From the NCBI GenBank assembly GCA_016748015.1, contig JAAOMT010000697.1:62001-126000 (forward strand): a stretch of DNA of 64,000 nucleotides. Direction: 5' to 3'. The stretch's first letter is position 1. The number at the start of each line of letters is the position of its first letter. Source of the DNA: Geosiphon pyriformis uo1 (lineage: Eukaryota > Fungi > Glomeromycota). The notes beneath the pieces were generated by a model, which was given only the letters and a program-made list of their open reading frames with translations, was not told the DNA's origin and did no database searches. The position numbers were made by a program, and so were the translations under genes. Shown piece after piece: positions 1-12,370 of this stretch.

Positions 1-3000
1 TCTCATTGACACTAATTGAGCTATTTTAACTAGAGGCAGAAATATTGCCTGTGCTATCTTTTCATTTGGCTCTATAATATAAATTTTTTCTAAGTCATTT
101 TGTAGCATGGCGATGATATTTCCTACATATCCTGTGTCAATTATTCCTCCTCTTATATTAATCCCTCTTTTTGCTAAACTACTCTGGGATGCTAATTGAA
201 CCATTGTTGTTGCTAGAATTTCCAGTGCTATTTTTAGATCAATGCAGGTGCACAAATGTGGTTCCAATTTGATGGCATCTTTTTCTGGATATCTTAAATT
301 AAACCTGGTATCAGTATCATGCACGCGTTCTGACATAATACCTTCATTATTATCACTGAACCATTTCAGTTTTTGTTCCTTGGTGAGGTCAGAAAGTGCA
401 ATATATTGTTCATAATTTAAGTCGGAGTTTGAATCTGAGTTGATATTGTTGTTATTGTTATTGCTATTTTGAATGGAGCTAGAACTGTTATTCTCATTGT
501 TATCATTGTTGGAGTTTGAATTGAGATCAAATGGTGATTCCAACTCTGATGCACAGCTGCTAATTGGTTCTTCCTCTTCAGAGATCATGTAGATCATGCA
601 TGGTGGTGGATTGTAAATAAGGTTACAATTGTCACAATATTCAAAGTCACTGAGAATTAAACAATGGTGACACAGTCTTGTATTCAACTGTGCTAGCCAT
701 TGTTCTTGCTCTTCTCTAGTACGTGCCAAGTTTTGGTAGTGTTCATGGAACTCTTCTGGTTTCAGGAAATTTATAACTGGCTCTGCATTCCAGTTAAGCT
801 TGATGGGTTCTGGTGAGTTGTTCTTGATCTCTCTGATTTTTTCAGGTGTTGCTTCTTCTATTTTGGTGATTGCCATTCTCCAAATTTTGTCGTTATCATG
901 TGGACAACTGTCCAGTCACTGCATGGCTCTTCTCTAGGCTGCTTCTATTGGAGTTCTTTTCCTTATTCAGTTGTTTATTAGAATTGTGTATTGACATGAC
1001 ATGTCGCACGTTCCTCCATATCCTGGAATGTTGTTCTACATCTTTTCATCTAGCAGAGTCTCTCTACAAGCAAGACAAGGTTGGTTATCCCATTTTCCTT
1101 GCCTCTTTGGTCATTCAAAGTGTTCGAGTACACATGAACGACAGTAGAACTTTGTTGTGGTGTGGTATTCCTTATCGTCGCCACAGCATGTGCCCATTGA
1201 TGACAGTTTCTTGCCGCAATCGATGCATACAAGCCTTGGTCATTGATAATTGGATTGTTGTGGAGTAGAGTGGGTGTAGGAATTATAAATAGCAGTGGTT
1301 TGAATGGTTTCTTCTCTTTCTTTCCTTTTCCCTTTATCTTCTTTGTTTTCTTCTCATTCCTAGCTTGCAGTTGGTTCACTCTTGTCGTTGTCGGTCCATG
1401 TCAGGTCATTGGTTTCTCAGGTAAGTTCTTCTTTTTGTTTTCCTTTTCCATTATCATTGTCATCCTAAGAGAGTATGGGTGGCAGTTCGTTGTGCTCTTT
1501 GTCAGCCCATGATACTTGATAGGCTTCCCAAGTAGATTTTGGTTTCTCTTCCTCAAAGTCGATTAGTGGTGCAATGGTGTTGGTAGTCTTGAAGTGGCCA
1601 CATGTTGCTGATATGCACATGTGTTGTCTATTCTGGCTAAGTTGAAGCTTTTGTGTGTTCCAGTCTAGAGTGGCATTTGTCTTGGACAGCCAGTCATTAC
1701 CAACTAGAGCTTGGTATTGGGTGGCTTCCATGATGAGTACTTTGATTGGTACTATGATGCCATTAATTTTGATTGGTAAGTCATCAATTTTGCCAATTGG
1801 AGTCTTGGTTGCTTCATCAGCTGTGATGATTCTGGTGCTGGCAGCTCGATCAACTCGGTAACCTAATTGATCTATGAGTTGTCATGTGATGATGCTGCCT
1901 GCTGAACCACTGTTAAGAATTAGTTTGATGGGATGGCCATTAATTTTCGCATCAGTGTACATGGTGATAATTGGCTTTTTTTCCAGTGTGGCTCTATTGA
2001 ATAATGGCATGGTTGACAGTTCTTCGAGTTCGAATGGAAAAATGGCATCCAAAGATTCGTCTTCTGTGATTATGGCAGATGGAATGTTGCTGGTTGTTGG
2101 GATTGGCGTTTTCTGGAGTAACCAGGAGACTTAAATAGTTTTGGAAATTCGGGTTTTGGGTGGCACCTGTATCTGAAGTTCAAGAACAGGGTTCTGAGCT
2201 TTGGTAAGAGAAGCTGAAGATCAGTTGATGAACAACCATTGCCAATCTCCAATTTTGAACAATTCTGGGTCTCAGGTTTCCTGATGTCATCATAGCAGAG
2301 TTTTGGAGCAGTGTTTGGATTGATGGTTGAGACTAATAAATTATTTGGAGCTGTGGCTGATAAATTACTGGAGGCTGCTGTTGATAAATTGCCGGTGGCT
2401 GTAGTTGATAAACTGGAAGTTGATATACTGGCAGTTGATAGATTGGTTGCTGCGTCATTGGCAGATAAGTATTTTGATATTGGTCTTGATCTTGATTTGG
2501 GTAACGATTCGGAGTTTGGAACCAGCAATCGGGATTTCTGTATTGATTTCCTGATCGTTGGTTGGCAATTAACTCGAATATGGCCTTGTTTACCACAGTT
2601 GTGGCAGACATACATTTCTGGCTGCCACGACTAACTAAGTGCTGCGGATGATGATAAACATAACTGATTTTGGAAACAATTTATGTTTTCTGAATTATTG
2701 TGTTATTGTGGTGGTTGATATATGGCGCAATTGTCAGCTAAGTATCCCTCTAATTTCTGATTAATTGACTCACTGAATTGTTTCAATTTGGAATCCAATT
2801 CAGATGATCCATTCATGACTAGGTTTACTACTTGGGCATGGTTGGCTTCTAACTCAGTTGCTTCAAAATCTCTGGCATGTGTAACTGCAGTAGGGAGGTC
2901 AACTGGATGCATTGGGCATACTCGCTGGAGGAAATTACTGCACAAACCTTTAATAAATTGGTTCAAAATCTGTGGTGCTGTAAAATAATCAGCTTGAATT

Positions 3001-3701
3001 GCTTGGATCTAGTGCAAGTTTCTATGGAAGCATCCCAAGTAAGTAGTAACTGCTTCAGTTTCTCCTTGTTTGATGGTGGTAAAGAGGTTAGCTAACTTGT
3101 TGATACTATTATTGTTACTGAAATATCTTAAGAATTCCATTTTGAAGTCATTGAAGGTTTGGGGTTTGACAGTTAAACTTTGATACCATGCATTCACGGT
3201 GTCCCTTAGAAAGTATGGGATGGCTTAAAGTGCTTGGGTGTCATTCCATCTATTCACAGTAATGGCTTTCTCTACATTGTTACTCATAGAAATATAAAAA
3301 ATATATTAGCATAATTATTAGCCAATCAGAAGGAAGCGTAGTAAATGTGGAATTCCAGGATTCCTTTCAGGAATTGCAGGATTCCAGGAATTTCAGGATT
3401 CCCAATGAAAAATTGCAGGATTCCAGAATTCCAAGATTCCTCTCAAAGGAATCACAGAATTCCAGGAATTCCAGGATTCCTGTCGTGAAAAATCGAGGAA
3501 TTGAGGAATCTCAAATATGTATATATAGCAGTAGTGTTAAAAACAGAAAAGACAGAATTAATACCACAGAATCTTTAACCTAGAAACACAATCATCAAAT
3601 AAATAATTATTTTATATCTCAAATCCACTTCCCACTATCAACCCTTCATGTTAATAGTAATTGATACTTAACCATGCTGGAACAATAGCTTTTGATCACG
3701 G

Positions 3702-4160
3702 TGTTACGGGATGGTTTTCTTGTTATATTTAATTGCTGATATCCCGCTTTAATTGCAATCAGTCTTTCGTGAGTTCCTCAATTCTATTTGTGTGATAATG
3801 TCACTGTTACACTGAAGGCTTTCTTTTTACTGTTGCGATGTAAGTTATTCTTTAATTCNNNNNNNNNNNNNNNNNNNNNNNNNNNNNNNNNNNNNNNNNN
3901 NNNNNNNNNNNNNNNNNNNNNNNNNNNNNNNNNNNNNNNNNNNNNNNNNNNNNNNNNNNNNNNNNNNNNNNNNNNNNNTGCTTGCTGCTATCACCAGTTG
4001 GTGTTGGCTGCTATTGTGAACTGGTGCTTGCCACTATCGCGAGATGGTGTTTGCTACTATGTTAATCATTACCTTTCTAAGATTATTACTGTGCTATATT
4101 ATGATTGAATAGTTTGTATTATTTTTATGATTCTTTTTGCTAAATTCTTAAACCGTAACA
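3702..4160. mobile_element. Unrelated LTR-type insertion (solo LTR, or a collapsed full element spanning the assembly gap)
   Basis: Ends tgttacgg...ccgtaaca (8-bp perfect inverted); TSD acgg at 3698-3701 and 4161-4164; absent from the 3' LTR. Confidence 0.88.
3859..3978. other. Assembly gap (120 N)
   Basis: Run of N. Confidence 1.
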
Positions 4161-4645
4161 ACGGCTATTGACAGAATACTAATCTGCAAATTGCCTTGGC
4201 TTATTTCTTTGCTTTTTTTATTTTCTTTTATTTCTTTTTTTTTATTTTATTTTGATTTGTTGTTATATATACTAATTGATAAAAGATTAAGTGCTGAGTT
4301 ATTAACATCAAGGATAGCCTGGTAAAAGACCCAAAAATACAGGTAGGATTTTATATATTATCAGATAACTTACCAAAAGAGCATGACTGCCAGACTAAAT
4401 CCGGCCACCACATTGAGAAAGAAATTGGGAAAACTCTTGGAAAATATCTCTACTATCAATACTATTGAATTTCTGTCCATTATACAAAGGACTCAACCAA
4501 AACCTTCAGATCAACCAAAACCTTCAGATCCATCAAAACCTTCAGATACAGCACCTTCAGAACAGCCTCAATAGAAGTAGCTTTTGAGCACCAAGTTATG
4601 GGTTTGTTATTTAATTCAACAGCAGAAATAATCACCTGTAACATT

Positions 4646-4662
4646 TAGTGCTCTCTGTGAGG
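4646..4662 (+). promoter_or_regulatory. Primer-binding site t(g>a)gtgctctctgtgagg
   Basis: 2 nt after the LTR end. The intact TGG version is in A' (15045-15061, minus) and tggtgctccctataagg is in B. Shaped like the complement of a tRNA 3' end (...CCUCACAGAGAGCACCA); tRNA identity not assigned. Confidence 0.8.
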
Positions 4663-4705
4663 TATAATCCTACAGAGAACCAGCACCAACAACACCAAAC
4701 CAAAA

Positions 4706-7700
4706 GTGGCAGAATCAGAAATTATAGAAACAAACCATTTAGGATTCGCAAAATCCTTATTTCAACACTATTGTCAATACTTGGGATTAAACCACAATCA
4801 TATATTTGCCAAATCAGCCTTCAATTTCTACATTAACAAAAAGATTTCTTTTTTATTAGGAACACCAGTGAACACTGAATCAGCAAGAGAAACTTTCTAT
4901 AGAGAATTAATTCAAAACATCAACCTACCAACAAACCATAATTTTGCATCTATCATCACTGAGATCAACAAAGAAATTGAACACCACACTTAACAAAGAT
5001 ATCCAATTACATATGCTAGTAAAGGCAAGGGAAAATTACAAACACCAGCAGTAATACCCTGAAAAATACAGCCACCTGCTTGGAAGAAAAACAGAATTGA
5101 ATCCCCAAGTAACCTATCATACCACTATACACCTGGAAGCGCCATCAACATATCATCAACTGATGCGTTTCCATCAACTGTGACATCAGCATTTGGACAA
5201 TTCCCATTCCAAAGTAGACAAAGAAAAACAGAATTGTTAGGACCATATGATGAATACTTTGAGGGATTTAATTCGTGATCATTAACCCCATTAGAACTTC
5301 GATCACCACCGTCTCCACCAGATTTCAGAATCTCTGATCTGTGGGAAGCAGCAGAATCAGAAAAAGAGGAAGAAGAATCAGAAGATCAAGAATTCATTTA
5401 CCTACACCTGATCCCTGAAAACCCGGAAGTTGAAACCCCAAACATTCAAATTCAGCAACAATTAGAAAATCTGGAAATCGAAACTCTGAATATTCAAATG
5501 CTGCCAAATCCAAGAAATCAAAACCCTGAATTAATTAATCAGCAAAACTTACCTCTGGTAATTGTCATCGATCAACTGCCGATTAATCCCATAGCCGAAC
5601 CCATACAGCAGCCACTTCAGCTACCACCCCAACAGCCAGGACAACAACAACTGCTTCAACAGCCACCACAACCACCTAACTTAGATCCAATGGCCTACGC
5701 ACTAATTGCAAAACTTGACAACTTTATGGGCAAAGAGAATAATGCTCAAATATGGCTGAATGATGTAGAAAAGGCCATCACAGCCAACAGATGGAATGAC
5801 GCTCGAGCAATACAAGCCATTCCTTACTTTCTCAAGGATACCACCAATTCATGATATCAGAGCTTGATTAATAAACCACAAGATTTTAATGCCTTCAAAG
5901 CGGAATTCCTCAAATACTTCAGCAACAATAACAGCATCAATCGCCTAGTCAATGCATTTACCACCATAAAACAAGGAGAAACTGAAGCAGTCACCACTTA
6001 CCTAGAACACTTCCATTGAAACTTGCGCCAAATTCAAGCAATTGATGGCAATTATTTTACAGTACCACAAATACTCAACCAGTTTATCTGTGGCCTATGC
6101 AGCAGCATTTTGCAACATGTACGTCCATTGCATCCTGGCACGCTTCAAGACACAGTTACACGCGCCAGAGATTTTGAATCTGTTGAGTCAGAGGCTAATC
6201 ATGCCCAAGCCGTTAATCTAGTAATGAACAGATCATCTAAATTGGATTCCATATTGGAGAAGTTCAGTGAATCAATCAATAAGAGATTGGAAGGATACTT
6301 AGCTGACAATCACGCCATTTATCAGCCTCCACAACGACGCAATAATCAAGGAAACTCTAATTATGCCCAAAATCAACCATGTTCATCTCCATCAACCAAT
6401 TGACAGTGGCAACAGGTAACGAGTATCTGCCACTATTGTGGTAAACAAAGACATATCCAAATTGACTGTTACCAGCATTTAAATAACCAATAATCAGAAA
6501 ATCAATATCGAAACTCTGATCGCCGGTTTCAAACTCCGAATCAGTACCCAAATCAAAACCCACCCGCTTACCTACCAGTGACGCAGTCATCAGTCTATCA
6601 GTCTCCAGTATATCAACCTCTGATTTATCAGCCATAGCCACAAGTAATATATTAACCACAGCCACAAATAATCTATCAACCCCAACAGATCCAAACACCG
6701 CCCCAAAGCTTACCACCCAATGGAACTCAAAGACCAAGAATGACTCAACAGAGCTGGAGATCGGCAATAGTAGTCCATCAACCGATCCCCAGTTCTTCAC
6801 AGCAACCATCTGGATTACGCCAGTAGAATTTGGATACTGGTCAACCCCAGAACCTGAATTCCCAGAACTATTTAAGTCTCCTGGTCACCCCAGAAGACGT
6901 TTCAACCAATAATCCGGCATTTACCCAAAAACAACCACTCACCAGTAATATCCCATCCGCTACTATCACCGAAGACAAGTCATTGGCTGCTATCTTTCCA
7001 TTTGAATTTGAGGAAACAGCTGCAACACCATTATTTAGTGGAGCCGCTCTTGAAGCCAAACCAATCACCACGATGTACACTAATGCAAAAGTAGAAGAAC
7101 AATCCATCAAATTAATCCTGGACAGTGGTTCCACAAGCAGCATAATCACAAGACAACTCATGGATCAATTAGGTTGCCAAGTTGATTGAGCTGCCAGCGC
7201 CAGAATTATCACAGCTGATGAAGTGACCAAAACTTCAATCAGCAAAATTAACAACTTTCCTTTTGAAGTTAATGGCATCGTAACTCCCATTAAAGTTCTA
7301 GTGATAGAAGCCACTCAATACCAAGCTCTCGTTGGTAATGACTGGCTATTCAAAGTCAATGCAACATTAGACTGGAACATCCAAGAACTCCAGCTAATGT
7401 ATCAGAGCCAACACATACGTATTCCAGCCATGTGTGGCCACTTCAAAACTCCTCCAAGAGAAAAACTATTGATCAAACTGGAGGAGAAGAAAGAAAAGCC
7501 GACCTGGGAAGCCTACCAAGTGTCATGGATGGACGAAGAGCACAACAAACTACCGCTCATACTCTCCTGGGATGACAGCAACAAGGGAAAAGGGAAACAA
7601 AAGGAAGAACTTATCTGGAAAACTGATGACCTGACATGGACCGACAATGACGAGAGCAAACTGACTTCAAGCTGGGAATGGGAAGAGGACAAAGAAAATA

Positions 7701-10700
7701 AAGGAAAAGGAAAAGAAGAAGAGACCACCCAAACCATCACCACTTATCATAATACCTACACTATTCCACAACAATTTACTTATCATCGACCTAAGCTTAT
7801 ATGCATCAATTGTGGCAAGAAATTGTTGTCAATGAGCGCATGCTATGGTGATGATGAGGAATACCATACTGTTATCTATGCTTACTCGAACGCTTTGGAT
7901 GACCAAAAAGACAAGGAAAATGGGATAACCAATCTTGTCTCGCTTGTGGGAAGACCCTGCTAGATGAAGGGATATGGAACAACATCCCAGGATGGAGAGG
8001 AACGTGTAACGTGTCATGTCAATACATGATTTTAATAAGTGACTGGATAAGGAAAGGAACTCCAATAGAAGCAGCCTGGAGAAGAGCCATGCAGTGACTG
8101 GACAGTTGTCCACATGATGATGACAAAATTTGGTGAATGGCACTTGCAAAAATTGAAGAAGCGATGCCATAAGAGATAAAAACAATCAAAGACAACCCCC
8201 CAGAATCTTTAGAGCTTGACTGAGATGTAGAACCCATCATAAACCTCCTGGATCTGGAACAATTCCATGAACACTACCAAGAATTAGCACCCACAAGGGA
8301 AGAACAAGAACAATGGTTAGAGCAGTTGAACGCTCGACTATGTCAACACTGCCTAATTCTCTGTGACTTTCAGTATTGCAATGAGTGTGACCTTATTTAC
8401 AATCCACCACCACGCATAATCTACACAATCCTGGAAGAGGAAGAACCAATCAGCAGCTGCACATCAGAATCAGAATCGCTGATCAATCGCGATTCGAACT
8501 CTGACAATGACGATGACAACAACGGTTCAAGCTCCATTCAAAATAACAATGACAATAACAATGATTCTAACTCAGATACAAACTCTGATTTAAACTATAA
8601 ACAATACATTGCACTACCAAATCTCTCTAAGAAACAAAAGTTGAAATGGTATAGTGACAATGGGGAAGGTATTATGCCAGAATGTGCACATGATACTGAT
8701 GCAGGGTTTGATCTAAGATATCCAGAAAAAGATGCCATCAAATTAGAACCGCATTCACGCACCTGCATTAATCTGAAAATAGCACTAGAAATTCTGACAA
8801 CAACAATGGTTCAATTAGCATCTAGGAATAGTTTAGCAAAAAGAGGGATCAATATAAGAGGAGGAATAATTGACACGGGATATGTAAGAAATATCATTGC
8901 CATGCTACAAAATGACTCAGAAAAAGCCTATATAATATAGCCCAATAAAAAGATAGCACAGGCAATATTCCTGCCTCTGATTAGAGTAGCTCAGTTAGTG
9001 TTAGTGGAAAAAAGGGAGGAATTGGGAATAACAGCAAGGGGAATACAAAGATTTGGATCAACGGGTAAAATAGAAGTACCAGTTAATATGGCAAAGGAAG
9101 AGATTGTTGGCCAAGAAAAAATTATCTCAACTGGTCAAGCTATTTCTATTCCACCATATAGTCAGTACATGTTAGCAATAGAAAAGAAGAAAAAGAAGCA
9201 AAAACAGATTTTTGAAGCGGAAGCAACCCTTTGTGAATCAGGAGAGATTGGGTTGATCAATTTTCACATACCAGCCAAAAGCTATAGCAGCATAAAAATT
9301 CCCATCTACAACAACACTGGTAATATCATCAACATACCAGAAGGAACCACCATCGGATATCTAACCACAGAAATAGAAGACCAACCACCAAACTCTATTT
9401 CAGACTTTCCACAACTTTGTGGATATGTTGACATCACATCACAGACAATCTATGGACGAGACAAATGTTATTTGCTCCAATCAGAACAATTGGAACAAAT
9501 GAACATGGAAAACTTAGATCCACTCCAATGTATGCAGCTCAAAATGTTATTCAACAATTTCAATGACATCTTTGCCAGCGAAAATAAGTTTGGCCGAACT
9601 AACATTATTCAGCATCAGATCAAGACTGGAGATGCAATGCCAATCAAACAAAGAGCATACAGAGTGCCGCCAGCCAGCCACGAGATTATTCATCAAGAGA
9701 TAAACAGAATGCTTGACAACGGGCTAATTCAACCATCAATGAGTCTATGGTCATCACCAGTGATACTTGTCTATAAGAAAAATAGAAAAATCCAGTTTTG
9801 TGTAAACTACAGAAAACTCAATGGTATAACTCGTGAAGACAGTTATTCAACTCCACGAATACAGGAATTATTTGATGCTTTCGGTAAGAACAAATAGTTC
9901 TCCACATTAGATTTGGACAATGGTTACTTGCAAGTAGCCATGAATCCAGCTGACAAAGAAAAGATGGCATTTACTACTAGAGAAGATAATTTTGAATTTG
10001 AAGTAATGCCATTCGGCTTAACCAATGCCCCAGCAACTTTCCAACAGCTAATGGAAATCGTTTATACTGGCTTATTGTGGAAATCAGTAGTTGTATACTT
10101 GGACAACACCAATGTATTCTCAAAGACGTTTGATGATCATCTTCATCATCTTCAACAAGTGTTCGAAAGATTAAGAAGTGCAGGACTGAAGTTGAATGTG
10201 ACAAAATGCTTTTTTGGCAAGACGGAACTCAAATTCTTGGAACACATAGTCAGCAAAAACGGCATCAAAATGGATCCAGAGAAAATAGAGATAGTAAAGA
10301 ACTTTTCAATGCCAACCAATATAACAGAACTGAAATCATTCTTGAGATTTGCCAGCTACTATCGTCATTTTATCAAGAACTTTTCCAAAATAGCACAGCC
10401 ACTCAATCAACTACAAAACAAAAATGCAAAATATGAATGGACAGAAAGTCAACAAGAAGCTTTTGATATTTTGAGGAAAAAGCTCATCCAAGCTTTAGTA
10501 CTAATCTATCCAGATTACAGCAAACCATTCATCATCACCACTGATGCATCCAGCCAAGCATTGGGAGCAGTATTATCTCAGAGAGGACTGGATGGCAGAG
10601 AACATCCAGTAGCATATGCCAGCAGAGGTTTAACACCAGCCAAAAAGAACTATAGAACACTGAAACAAGAACACTTAGCAATATACTGGGCTATCATGAA

Positions 10701-10899
10701 ATGGAAAGAATACTTGAGCCAGAAGTTTGAAGTATACACAGATCACAAGGAATTAACATCACTCCAAAAACAAGAATTTGGAGATGGAAGACAGTCAAGA
10801 TGGAAAATGGCACTCGCACCATACAATTATACTATATATTACAAAAAGGGAAAAGACAATGAAAATGCTGACGGTTTATCATGAATAAGACAAATCTAA
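4706..10899 (+). pseudogene. Gag-protease-Cys-rich domain-dUTPase-RT-RNase H polyprotein (one ancestral ORF, now with stops and one frameshifting deletion near 7870)
   Basis: Capsid-like MAYAxIAKLDNF..WLNDVEKAI, CCHC knuckle CHYCGKQRHIQIDC (~6428), protease LILDSGS (~7120), RT MPFGLTNAPATFQ and YLDN (from YLDD, ~10095), RNase H TDAS / YTDH / NADGLS. Confidence 0.93.
8641..9066 (+). pseudogene. dut: dUTPase domain within the polyprotein
   Basis: All five trimeric dUTPase motifs: AGFDL, SRNSLA, GIIDTGY, KIAQ, RGIQRFGSTG. Confidence 0.93.
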
Positions 10900-10963
10900 G
10901 AACATTTCAACCCAAAAATATAATAAAAACCAGAACAATACCAACAGAAAAATACAACAAAAA

Positions 10964-12346
10964 ATGAACATACAAAAATATCAACAATTGCAACATTATC
11001 TAAACACTCAACAGTTCAAGGAGAATTTATCTCATACAGAACAAAGGAGTATTAAACAACAATCAAAATATTTTATTACTCACTAAAATATACTTTATCG
11101 GAAAAATAGAAGGGATCCAGATCAACCAATCAGAGTAATTACAGAGCCAGAAAAAGAGACAATATTATTCAACATGCACTCAAATCCAACAGCAGGACAT
11201 TTTCACAAAGAAGCAACCATAGAAAGAACTAAAAAAAGATACTATTGGCCATCAATGTACCCAGACATCATTCAATATGTTCAAAATTGTGATGCTTGTC
11301 AGTGAAAAGGAGAAACAAGACCCAGTAAACCATTAAGACCAATCAAAGTGGGACAACCATTTGACCATATGGGAATTGATTTAGTGGGACCATTAACAAT
11401 CACCAGCAGAGAAAACAGATACATAGCAGTAGCTATGGACTATCTCACTAAATGGCCAGAGACGAAAGTAATTCAAAGAGCAAATGCAGAATCTGTTGCC
11501 AAATTCATTCATCAGGATTTGATTTGTCGACATGGATGTCCAAAAGAATTATTATCAGACCAAGGAACTCATTTTGTGAACAGAACATTAACAGAATTGA
11601 GCCAAAGATTCGGAATCAAGAGACCATTATTATTACCATACCATCCACAAACCAACGGATTAGTAGAAAGATTCAACAGAACATTGTATGAAGCAATAGC
11701 CAAGCTCAGCCAAGAAAACCAGAATGATTGAGATTTGTTTATACTATCAGTACTATTTGCTTATTGGACAACGAAACAAGATACTACACAAGCAACACCA
11801 TTTGAATTAGTATATGGGAGAATAGCAATATTACCAGTAGAAAAAGAAATTAATACATATCCAGCTGAACCAATAACAGAGGAAAATTTTCAAGAAACAT
11901 TGCTGAGAAGAACATATGACTTAATGGAAACATTGGAAAACAAACAAAGAAGAGCAGCTGATAATATCCAAAAGTCACAAGAAACACAGAAAGAAAGACA
12001 CGATAGTCAACTACCAAACAAACCAGTTGAATTCAAGATCAGAGACAAAGTATTACTACATCGTATCAAAGCAGAAAAACAATGGAGTGGAAAATTTGAC
12101 CCCAAATGGGATAGACCATTTCACATAAAAGAAATTCTAGGAAATGGAGCTTACAAATTAAGATTGGATAACAAAATTTTAACCAAAGCAGCATATGGAG
12201 ATTGACTGAAACCATATCACAACATCACACTACCATCTATCAGTAATATTCCACAATTAGAAGTACAGAGAATACTAGTTCAACCAGATGAGATTCCACG
12301 AGATCGGGAACCAATCATTATTATCAACAATAACATGTTAAATTGA
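10964..12346 (+). pseudogene. Integrase (HHCC zinc domain, DDE core, GPY/F tail; no chromodomain seen), separate ORF
   Basis: Starts MNIQKYQQLQHYL; H..GH...CDAC; GIDLVG, LSDQG, NGLVERFN; KFDPKWDRPF. Confidence 0.92.
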
Positions 12347-12370
12347 TTCATCAAAAGAATATATAAAAAC

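Larger units (their letters stand above)
3278..4643 (+). repeat. 5' LTR of copy A (903 bp once the 3702-4160 insertion and its TSD are removed)
   Basis: Colinear with 13044-13946; TATA-like tgtatatatagc near 3518; ggaattcc/aggattcc array at 3348-3512. Confidence 0.96.

Noticed and set aside
870-3095. Plus-strand ORFs here and similar antisense or alternative-frame ORFs over the retroelements
   Set aside because: Shadows of gag-pol coding sequence; no independent motifs.
3348-3512. Repeat array as a CRISPR, a heat-shock-element cluster, or a coding ORF (3347-3583)
   Set aside because: No unique spacers or cas genes; GAA/TTC spacing is mostly not nGAAn-periodic; the ORF is a by-product of the LTR U3 array.
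4304-4400. Hairpin- or hammerhead-ribozyme identity of the CUGGUAA/UUACCAG module
   Set aside because: It resembles the ACCAG/CUGGU helix only superficially. The loop A/B consensus and the CUGAUGA+GAAA core are not conserved on either strand.
4383-4574. LTR-encoded peptide (PKPSD repeats)
   Set aside because: Produced by a short aaaaccttcaga tandem repeat; the ATG is acg in the 3' LTR, so it arose from CpG decay.
12200-12346. Chromodomain at the integrase C-terminus
   Set aside because: No aromatic-cage Y..KW.G pattern in either family.
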